Part shown: positions 1 to 4,919 of the stretch, in pieces
Layout: each line of letters opens with the position of its first letter
Numbering within the stretch: position 1 is the stretch's first letter
Notes under the pieces: generated by a model
The model's database searches: none
What the model saw: only the letters and a program-made list of their open reading frames with translations
What the model was told of the DNA's origin: nothing
DNA from: a virus
Lineage: Duplodnaviria > Heunggongvirae > Uroviricota > Caudoviricetes
Direction: 5' to 3' (one strand)
Virus record (IMG/VR): IMGVR_UViG_2703718769_000001
Coordinates: 1-4,919 of that record
DNA: 4,919 nt
Position numbers and translations under genes: made by a program

Positions 1-301
1 CTCTCCAGGAAACCCGGGGCGGTTCATCATGATTACTTGCAGGTTCGGCACCATGAAGCATGGCAGCACGGCAGGCGTTCCAGCCTTGAACCTTAGCTAT
101 TGCCACAACTGCATCGGTAAAGAACATTCTCGCGGTATCTGGCTCCGGAATTTCATCCGGCACATATGCAGGAGATGGCTTGTCAGCGAGCATTGACATC
201 AACGCGCAGATGGTGTCCTCGCTGATTTCAAACATACCACTGGCGTTCTGCGTCGAGGATTTAAGCTCTTCGATAATGCGCTCTTTCGTAAACTCAGCCA
301 T
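1..301 (-). CDS. Hypothetical protein, 3'-partial (runs off window start); begins MAEFTKERIIEELKSSTQNASGMFEISEDTICALMSMLADKPSPAYVPDE...
   Basis: ATG at 299-301 (minus strand), GGGGAG Shine-Dalgarno about 7 nt upstream overlapping the stop of the upstream gene; open for 100 codons to the window edge with no stop. Not in the ORF track because no stop is in the window. No family recognised. Confidence 0.5.
   Translation of the reverse strand, partial: MAEFTKERIIEELKSSTQNASGMFEISEDTICALMSMLADKPSPAYVPDEIPEPDTARMFFTDAVVAIAKVQGWNACRAAMLHGAEPASNHDEPPRVSWR
2..26. repeat. Left copy of terminal inverted repeat (tctccaggaaacccggggcggttca)
   Basis: Reverse complement of 4895-4919 is tctccaggattcccggggcggttca; 23/25 identical, mismatches at 11-12. 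Extends to about 31 nt with one indel. Contains a CCCGGG site. Confidence 0.8.
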
Positions 302-305
302 ATCC

Positions 306-842
306 CTACTCCCCATTGATGCTGACATTAACGCCAGCTTTGCGAATCTCATCGGCGCATCTGTTGATAATATTTCTGTGAAACTCACAAAAAATTTTCG
401 CCGACTGCGGCCCTAATGGGTGAACATCTTGCGCACGCGGCAGCACAACCTCCCGCGCCTCCAGCTCAGAAATCCGCTTCTCTGCTGCTTCCAGTTCAAC
501 ACGCAGCTTCCCTACCGTAAGAGCAATTTCCTCGTTCTCCTGGTCGCGGCGTTTGATGTATTGCTGTTTTCTTTCCAGCTCATCCAGCAGCGCCAAGACG
601 GTAGCCGGATTGGCTGCGGCGATGAATTCAGCATTGGCCTGCTGTTCCATTTGGAAATCTTCATCGAAACCGCTTTCTGGATGCGCTCCTTCAATTCTGC
701 AAATGGGAAGATATCCAGCAACTTCACGATGAATTAGCGCATCATCACCATCAAATCGGCCCTCTCCATATTCGAGCGACCACTCGCCACACGTTGCTTT
801 CTCTGCCTTTTCACGCAGTGCCTGATAGTCAATCTTGCTCAC
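306..842 (-). CDS. ead/Ea22-like lambdoid early protein with central coiled-coil (178 aa)
   Basis: GTG start at 840-842 preceded by AAGGAGG at 6-nt spacing. Translation MSKIDYQALREKAEKATCGEW...ANPATVLALLDELERKQQ... resembles the ead/Ea22-like family as recalled from memory; not verified by search. Confidence 0.55.
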   Translation of the reverse strand: MSKIDYQALREKAEKATCGEWSLEYGEGRFDGDDALIHREVAGYLPICRIEGAHPESGFDEDFQMEQQANAEFIAAANPATVLALLDELERKQQYIKRRDQENEEIALTVGKLRVELEAAEKRISELEAREVVLPRAQDVHPLGPQSAKIFCEFHRNIINRCADEIRKAGVNVSINGE

Positions 843-1323
843 TGGCCGCCTCCTTCATAAAAATAATCCAGTGGGTCTTGTCACCTTTTCCTGTTCGTTG
901 ACCGATAACAGGCTTTCTGTCGGTCAGTGCCAATATCTGGCGAACAGGTATTTGCGTTTCATTCCATTTAAAAATCAGAACGCCGTATGGCCGCAACACA
1001 CGAAAGGCTTCTTTAAATCCCTGCCGCAAATCATCACGCCAGGTATCTTTATTCAGCCGTCCATATTTCTTTCCCATCCAGGCGTTATCACCAACACGCT
1101 CAAGATGCGGAGGGTCGAATACAACAACCGGAAACGATGCGTCTGCAAATGGTAATGCACGAAAATCTGCTATCAGGTCAGGGCTAATTATCAGCCGTCG
1201 TCCATCACATAATGTGTGCTCTTCCTTTCTGATATCGCTAAATATCGCCCGGTCGTCATTCTTATCGAACCAGAACATGCGACTGCCACAGCACATGTCG
1301 AGGATAGCTGCATGTCCAGTCAC
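829..1323 (-). CDS. Small SAM-dependent methyltransferase, probable phage orphan DNA methyltransferase (164 aa)
   Basis: GTG start at 1321-1323 overlapping the upstream TGA stop (GTGA), AAGGAGG 6 nt upstream. Contains a motif-I-like segment ILDMCCGSRMF and a motif-IV-like VVVFDPPH about 60 residues later, then LIFKW and QRTGKGDKTHW. Precise class (N6-adenine, N4-cytosine, MT-A70-like) cannot be resolved by eye. Confidence 0.6.
   Translation of the reverse strand: MTGHAAILDMCCGSRMFWFDKNDDRAIFSDIRKEEHTLCDGRRLIISPDLIADFRALPFADASFPVVVFDPPHLERVGDNAWMGKKYGRLNKDTWRDDLRQGFKEAFRVLRPYGVLIFKWNETQIPVRQILALTDRKPVIGQRTGKGDKTHWIIFMKEAASEQD
849..855 (-). promoter_or_regulatory. Shine-Dalgarno AAGGAGG for the ead/Ea22-like gene
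   Basis: Minus-strand AAGGAGG lies 6 nt upstream of the GTG start at 842. Confidence 0.6.
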
Positions 1324-1718
1324 TGGTTGCCTCCTTTGCGAAGCTGGGCGGCTAACTCGTCACATATGTGCGTCAAAGAGCAAAGTTTGATTGATGGATG
1401 TTCGCGCATCATCTCTACCCCCTGCGCCCGCACTTCAGCCAGGAAGGCGTCGGTGGCCGGGGTTTTGCAGGACATTTGAATTGCCTTCTCTGTGTATAAA
1501 ACACCCGTTCGATTGGCGGTATACATGATGGTGTTTACAGCATCTTGATGTGCTGATTTCACAGCCTCAACTTCAGCAGCCAGCGCCGCGCACTTGGCCT
1601 CCGCTTCAGCAAATTTACGCACCAGATATTCAGCGTTTGTTTCGTTAACCTTTAAATCACTTGGGATGCATTTACCTTTCAGAAATCCATCCATCTCAAT
1701 TAGTGTCATTTGTTTCAT
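1320..1718 (-). CDS. Hypothetical coiled-coil protein (132 aa from ATG at 1718; track gives a GTG-start version to 1736)
   Basis: ATG at 1716-1718 overlaps the TGA stop of the upstream small ORF (ATGA coupling); GGAG/GGGAAG upstream. Translation [16 protein letters not shown]...[18 protein letters not shown]...; no family recognised. Start choice is uncertain. Confidence 0.5.
   Translation of the reverse strand: MKQMTLIEMDGFLKGKCIPSDLKVNETNAEYLVRKFAEAEAKCAALAAEVEAVKSAHQDAVNTIMYTANRTGVLYTEKAIQMSCKTPATDAFLAEVRAQGVEMMREHPSIKLCSLTHICDELAAQLRKGGNQ
1330..1336 (-). promoter_or_regulatory. Shine-Dalgarno AAGGAGG for the methyltransferase gene
   Basis: Minus-strand AAGGAGG lies 6 nt upstream of the GTG start at 1323. 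Confidence 0.6.
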
Positions 1719-1879
1719 TTCTTCCCACTCCGCCACATCGCATTCAGATACTTGTTTTGATTCACTGATGGAAAAGAATTTCTCTTAAGCAATTCCTCTC
1801 TCGATGGCATTGGCTTTACGCGTTGGCGAATAATCATTTCTGCCGGAAGAATGCCGGGATTGTATGCAAGTCCTCTCAT
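1715..1879 (-). CDS. Small hypothetical protein (54 aa; [54 protein letters not shown])
   Basis: ATG at 1877-1879 with GAGGAA 7 nt upstream; an alternative in-frame ATG at 1896 overlaps the upstream gene's stop. Its stop overlaps the start of the downstream gene (ATGA). Fills an otherwise uncovered gap in a compact operon. Below the track's length cut-off as an ATG ORF. Confidence 0.35.
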   Translation of the reverse strand: MRGLAYNPGILPAEMIIRQRVKPMPSREELLKRNSFPSVNQNKYLNAMWRSGKK

Positions 1880-1889
1880 GGTAAATTCC

Positions 1890-2186
1890 TCAGTCATTAC
1901 TGATAGCGCCATAGCGTGAGCGGTAATTACGCAGGCGCGGGTCGATATATTCAGGGAAGTGGGTATATGTGGCTTTGCGGAATGGTCGGATTGATGTCTG
2001 GTAAATTCGCTCGCGTTCTTCTTTCTCTGCAAGCCATATACAGTGGCGAAATTCCTTTTCCTCTTTCGTTTCCTGCGGTAGAGACATTATTCGATCGTAG
2101 TTTTTTCTGAATTTATCCAGCACCTCCGATACGGAATTGCCGGAACAGCGGCGCGCGTCATCCGCACCATACAGAGGCGCTGGCAT
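1890..2186 (-). CDS. Hypothetical phage protein (98 aa)
   Basis: ATG at 2184-2186 with AGGAG about 7 nt upstream, 13 nt after the HNH stop. Translation [44 protein letters not shown]...; no family recognised. Confidence 0.55.
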   Translation of the reverse strand: MPAPLYGADDARRCSGNSVSEVLDKFRKNYDRIMSLPQETKEEKEFRHCIWLAEKEERERIYQTSIRPFRKATYTHFPEYIDPRLRNYRSRYGAISND

Positions 2187-2199
2187 GATTTTCTCCTGA

Positions 2200-2679
2200 T
2201 TAAATTGCGTGAATAGCGTGACGAGGGAAGGGGAGAGTTACTGGTTCCTCGTCTGGGTAGATAGGTTTGTTATGTTTGTGCCACTCGAAATGACATGACT
2301 TGCAGAGCCACATCACATCGGTTGGTTTGCTGTAGTCGCAGTGGTGCGCCTGTGGTTTACATCCTGATCCGCAGCACTCACATTGTGGTGGTCGGATTAG
2401 CTTACCGTCGCGCAAAAAATTACCCACAATGATGTGGGCTTTTCTTTTCCATGGGTTGCTCTGAATGAACCGCTTTTTGGCTGCGTTACACCGTTCTCTT
2501 CCGCGTTCCGATGATTGATATTCTCTCCTTGCTGATACTCGATGTGGCAATCCAGCGCGTTCTTTGTCGTATTCAGCCAGGCAAGCCCGGCAAGCGGCAG
2601 TTAATCCATCTCTGGATGCTCTTCTGATTTGAAAGTCCCTTTCTTCCTTCTGTTGATGGCATCTTGAGCAGATTTTCAT
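2200..2679 (-). CDS. HNH endonuclease with N-terminal Cys-rich zinc-ribbon region (159 aa)
   Basis: ATG at 2677-2679 with GGAG about 7 nt upstream. C-terminal CECCGSGCKPQAHHCDYSKPTDVMWLCKSCHFEWH fits an HNH/zinc-finger nuclease core; N-terminal CSRCH...CRAC Cys pairs. Confidence 0.65.
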   Translation of the reverse strand: MKICSRCHQQKEERDFQIRRASRDGLTAACRACLAEYDKERAGLPHRVSARREYQSSERGRERCNAAKKRFIQSNPWKRKAHIIVGNFLRDGKLIRPPQCECCGSGCKPQAHHCDYSKPTDVMWLCKSCHFEWHKHNKPIYPDEEPVTLPFPRHAIHAI

Positions 2680-2688
2680 ATTCAGCTC

Positions 2689-3162
2689 CTAGAACGGAAT
2701 ATCCGAATCGTCGAAGTTCATAGGTGGTTCGCTGTGATTCCCATGCTGCTGAGATTGCTGTCTTTGTTGCTGGCCGTTATTTCGCTGAGGTGAAGACTGT
2801 TCATTGCTTCCTTGCTTGCCACCAAGCATTTGCATGGTTCCACCAACGCCCACGATAACTTCGGTAGTGAACCGATCCTGTCCGCTTTGATCCTGCCATT
2901 TTCTTGTCCGCAATTTTCCTTCAAGATAAACCTCAGAGCCTTTTCGCAGATATTCGCTGGCAATTTCTGCCAGTTTCCCGCTCATTACCACACGGTGCCA
3001 CTCCGTCTGCTCCTTTTGCTCTCCAGTTTGCTTATCACGCCATTGTTCTGACGTAGCAACTGTAAGGTTTGCAAATGCCGTTCCTGATGGTGAATATCTG
3101 ATTTCTGGATCATGCCCAAGGCGACCAATAATGATCACCTTATTTACGCCTCTGCTTGCCAT
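2689..3162 (-). CDS. ssb: Single-stranded DNA-binding protein, phage-encoded (157 aa)
   Basis: Translation [23 protein letters not shown]...[52 protein letters not shown]...DDSDIPF shows an SSB OB-fold core, Gly/Gln-rich linker and acidic C-terminal tail ending DIPF. ATG immediately follows the TAA of the upstream gene. Confidence 0.9.
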   Translation of the reverse strand: MASRGVNKVIIIGRLGHDPEIRYSPSGTAFANLTVATSEQWRDKQTGEQKEQTEWHRVVMSGKLAEIASEYLRKGSEVYLEGKLRTRKWQDQSGQDRFTTEVIVGVGGTMQMLGGKQGSNEQSSPQRNNGQQQRQQSQQHGNHSEPPMNFDDSDIPF

Positions 3163-3870
3163 TTATGCCGCCTGTTTTAGCTCGTTAACTCTGATGTTCA
3201 TTACCTGAACGCATTTAGCCTGCGCCTCCTCGTTTCCAGCCATTAATTGCCAGTCACGCTGATAACGCTCGATGAGTTTTTTCTTGTCAGTTTCTGTTGA
3301 CGCATAATCGCTGAAGTCTTTCAGGATTTGTTCGCAGTCAACCGATGGAGATTTCTGGTTGGTATTTTCTGGTGATGGTTTGTTATCTGATGCTGGGATT
3401 GCCCATCCCGGCAGCGATGGAGGGAGCCAGTAAAATCCTGTTCCATCCTTCAGTTTTGCCCTGTGCCACCCCTGCTTTTTATCGAGAGATGTTTGTGCGA
3501 AACCTTCCTCAAGGTTATACAGATACCGACCGATTCCCCACTGAACGGCAGCGCGCTTCATTGCACCGGAACGACCACCTTTGACGGCTTCTACCTGCGT
3601 GTTTTCAGCAGCATCCCATTTGGTTACCCATTCGGAATCAATCTTTATTGATATGCCGCATTCAACGCCGCCGTTGTTGGGAATATCGCGGTATTCATTG
3701 CGCCATCCTGCTTTGCCGCAAACATCGTCCAGGCGTTTCATGATTGCCCGGTTCGTGACATAAGCCAGCACCATAGCCCACACCTTGCCATCGCGTGTTT
3801 TACCGCTTTGCTGTATTCGCCATTCGATATCTTCAGGGCTGAATGGCTCATCGAATTTGTTCAAATCCAT
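3163..3870 (-). CDS. Rad52/Sak-type single-strand annealing protein, phage recombinase (235 aa)
   Basis: ATG at 3868-3870 with GAGGTG upstream. N-terminal FDEPFSPEDIEWRIQQ...AMVLAYVTNRAIMKRLDDVCGKAGWRNEY matches the pattern recalled for phage Rad52-family annealing proteins; sits directly upstream of ssb. Family assignment is from memory. Confidence 0.65.
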   Translation of the reverse strand: MDLNKFDEPFSPEDIEWRIQQSGKTRDGKVWAMVLAYVTNRAIMKRLDDVCGKAGWRNEYRDIPNNGGVECGISIKIDSEWVTKWDAAENTQVEAVKGGRSGAMKRAAVQWGIGRYLYNLEEGFAQTSLDKKQGWHRAKLKDGTGFYWLPPSLPGWAIPASDNKPSPENTNQKSPSVDCEQILKDFSDYASTETDKKKLIERYQRDWQLMAGNEEAQAKCVQVMNIRVNELKQAA

Positions 3871-3878
3871 AATTCACC

Positions 3879-4049
3879 TCAGAATGGACACGGCCCAAGG
3901 AAATAACGCTGATTTAATACTTCGACTCGGGACAAATTAAGGCATACCCGCATTCCTTCGCGGTCACCATTATGGCGATACCAGAGAGCTTTCTGAGTGT
4001 ACATGCGCCTCTGTAACTTGCTCTCCTTCACTGTGGTTGCAAGTGACAT
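3879..4049 (-). CDS. Small basic hypothetical protein (56 aa; MSLATTVKESKLQRRMYTQKALWYRHNGDREGMRVCLNLSRVEVLNQRYFLGPCPF) at the position of gam/arf in lambda/P22
   Basis: ATG at 4047-4049 with AAGGAG at 6-nt spacing (4056-4061); its TGA stop overlaps the Shine-Dalgarno of the annealing-protein gene. A competing 52-aa ORF (3970..4128) starts on an ATGA overlap with kil, so the true frame is unresolved. Confidence 0.35.
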   Translation of the reverse strand: MSLATTVKESKLQRRMYTQKALWYRHNGDREGMRVCLNLSRVEVLNQRYFLGPCPF

Positions 4050-4124
4050 GAATATCTCCTTCGTTACCGATTAATTCTTTCATCTGACGAATGAATTCTT
4101 CGTCTGACCAGTTATCTGTAAAAC

Positions 4125-4277
4125 TCATTTCCTGCGATACCACGGAAGGTTGATAGCTGATTTCATCGCTTTATTTGCTTCAAGCCACATTTTGGAATCA
4201 CCAATAAATCTGGCTATTACTGCTTTGTTCTGTGCAGCGCGAAGCATCTGGTGATTGATGTCTATTTCATTGCGCAT
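4125..4277 (-). CDS. kil: Kil-like host cell-division inhibitor peptide (50 aa)
   Basis: ATG at 4275-4277, overlapping the 3' end of the cIII homolog by 16 nt. Translation MRNEIDINHQMLRAAQNKAVIARFIGDSKMWLEANKAMKSAINLPWYRRK; the IA.FIGD.KM..EA core resembles lambda Kil as recalled, and the position right after cIII matches lambda. Confidence 0.55.
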   Translation of the reverse strand: MRNEIDINHQMLRAAQNKAVIARFIGDSKMWLEANKAMKSAINLPWYRRK

Positions 4278-4393
4278 AATAAGACCTCAACTCTTTTCCA
4301 TCCGTCACGTAATTTACGGGTGATTCGTTCAAGTAAAGATTCATTTAGTTGGAAGGCACCCATGCGAGCGCCTCCCGCGATTGCGTAAATCAT
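4262..4393 (-). CDS. cIII: cIII homolog, FtsH/HflB protease inhibitor (43 aa)
   Basis: ATG at 4391-4393 with AAGGAA 7 nt upstream. Translation MIYAIAGGARMGAFQLNESLLERITRKLRDGWKRVEVLLCAMK contains the ESLLERITRKLRDGWKR helix recalled from lambda cIII. Below the track's 60-aa cut-off. Confidence 0.8.
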   Translation of the reverse strand: MIYAIAGGARMGAFQLNESLLERITRKLRDGWKRVEVLLCAMK

Positions 4394-4417
4394 GGGTGGT
4401 TCCTTATATTGGTTTTA

Positions 4418-4919
4418 TTAGTAGGTTATTTTTGTTGCGAATACTTCGCCTTTTACGATGGCTGTTATGATATTTTTAGCAACATCTTCTGATGCACCAA
4501 CCTTGATAAGGTCAGCAAGTATTTTGTTATTTACTTCTTTCCGGTGAGCTTTATCCTTTGCTCTACGCTCTTCTTCGTCCTTGATTCTTTTTTCTTCTGC
4601 TATTCTGGCTTGCTCTTTTGCTTCAGCCTCGCGCCGGATTCGTTCAGCCTCCTCCTGTGCTTTTCGGCGTTCTGCTTCAATTGCCGCATGCTTTTCTCTT
4701 TCAGCTCGTTCTGCTGCCTCTTTTGCTTCGCGCTGTGCTCGTTGCTCGGCTTCAATGCGTTCACGCTCTGCACGTTCCGCTGCGGCCTTAGCTTCTGCTT
4801 CTCGCCTTGCTGCTGCTTCAATTTCGGCTTTTGCCTTTGCTTCGGCTTCTGCTCTGGCTTTCTCTTCAGCTTCTCTTTTTAAGCGTTCTTCATGTGAACC
4901 GCCCCGGGAATCCTGGAGA
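4418..4919 (-). CDS. Charged low-complexity coiled-coil protein, 5'-partial (start beyond window end); superficially TolA domain II-like
   Basis: Minus-strand frame is open from the window edge for 166 codons to tandem TAA TAA at 4415-4420. Translation ...EAEEKARAEAEAKAKAEIEAAARREAEAKAAAERAERERIEAEQRAQREAKEAAERAEREKHAAIEAERRKAQEEAERIRREAEAKEQARIAEEKRIKDEEERRAKDKAHRKEVNNKILADLIKVGASEDVAKNIITAIVKGEVFATKITY. Not in the ORF track because no start is in the window. Confidence 0.55.
   Translation of the reverse strand, partial: LQDSRGGSHEERLKREAEEKARAEAEAKAKAEIEAAARREAEAKAAAERAERERIEAEQRAQREAKEAAERAEREKHAAIEAERRKAQEEAERIRREAEAKEQARIAEEKRIKDEEERRAKDKAHRKEVNNKILADLIKVGASEDVAKNIITAIVKGEVFATKITY
4540..4890. 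repeat. Low-complexity pyrimidine-rich (plus strand) cryptic simple-sequence tract, GCTTC/GCTGC-type units, encoding the E/A/R/K repeat region
   Basis: Visible reiteration of gcttc, gctgc, ttctgc and cttttgc motifs; all three frames on both strands are low-complexity, which explains the spurious track ORFs 4544..4882(+) and 4600..4821(-). Confidence 0.6.
4895..4919. repeat. Right copy of terminal inverted repeat (tgaaccgccccgggaatcctggaga)
   Basis: Inverted partner of 2-26 (23/25). Lies inside the 5'-partial coiled-coil ORF. Confidence 0.8.

Larger units (their letters stand above)
1..4919 (-). mobile_element. Segment of a lambdoid prophage early-left (pL-type) operon; promoter lies beyond the high-coordinate end
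   Basis: Gene order cIII - kil - small ORF - annealing protein - ssb - accessory genes - ead/Ea22-like, all on one strand with short or overlapping junctions, matches the lambda/P22 early-left layout. Inferred from translations and synteny only. Confidence 0.75.

Noticed and set aside
1320-1736. GTG start at 1736 for the 132-aa gene, as given in the track
   Set aside because: No Shine-Dalgarno precedes that GTG, whereas the ATG at 1718 forms an ATGA overlap with the upstream stop and has a purine-rich stretch upstream. The longer form cannot be excluded.
512-2963. Nested minus-strand ORFs 512..727, 2718..2963 and the long 1715..2032 version
   Set aside because: The first two lie out of frame inside the ead/Ea22-like and ssb genes. 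The 105-aa 1715..2032 version overlaps the 98-aa gene by about 140 nt from a non-ATG start; the shorter ATG-initiated form is the coupled, non-overlapping choice.
180-3763. Plus-strand ORFs from the track (180..416, 420..737, 835..1155, 1216..1479, 1594..1788, 1916..2110, 2812..3051, 3345..3584, 3463..3651, 3581..3763)
   Set aside because: Each lies antisense within a well-supported minus-strand gene (SSB, annealing protein, HNH, methyltransferase and others), has no convincing Shine-Dalgarno, and would break an otherwise uniform single-strand operon.
3880-3960. Possible intrinsic terminator or structured RNA between the small ORF region and the annealing-protein gene
   Set aside because: No GC-rich hairpin followed by a U-run was found on the minus strand; the region is better explained as coding sequence plus a ribosome-binding site.
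4544-4882. Track ORFs 4544..4882 (+, 112 aa, Cys/Phe/Leu-rich) and 4600..4821 (-, 73 aa, Lys/Gln-rich)
   Set aside because: Alternative frames of the low-complexity repeat tract. The in-frame minus-strand E/A/R/K reading is open for 166 codons to the window edge and ends in tandem TAA TAA before the cIII ribosome-binding site, which is the better-supported gene.
4418-4919. Calling the coiled-coil protein a true TolA homolog
   Set aside because: The resemblance is compositional (Ala/Glu/Lys/Arg repeats). There is no N-terminal membrane anchor within the window and the C-terminal region does not resemble TolA domain III as recalled.
1-4919. CRISPR array, tRNA or rRNA genes, integrase or att site
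   Set aside because: No regularly spaced direct repeats with spacers, no cloverleaf-like or rRNA-like segments, and no integrase-like ORF were seen. The only notable repeats are the terminal inverted pair and the coding low-complexity tract.

Overview
The window reads as a segment of the early-left (pL-type) operon of a lambdoid prophage from an enterobacterial host. All 13 supported genes lie on the minus strand, tightly packed and often translationally coupled (ATGA/GTGA overlaps). From high to low coordinate: a 5'-truncated E/A/R/K-rich coiled-coil protein, a cIII homolog, a Kil-like peptide, a small ORF, a Rad52/Sak-type annealing protein, SSB, an HNH endonuclease, three unknown proteins, a small methyltransferase with a DPPH motif, an ead/Ea22-like protein, and an unknown gene that runs off the window start. 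No rRNA, tRNA or CRISPR was seen. Plus-strand ORFs in the track are antisense shadows of these genes. The most unusual feature is a 25-nt inverted repeat (23/25 match) sitting exactly at the two window ends, inside the two boundary ORFs. All identifications are from reading the translations by eye against remembered family motifs; no database search was run.
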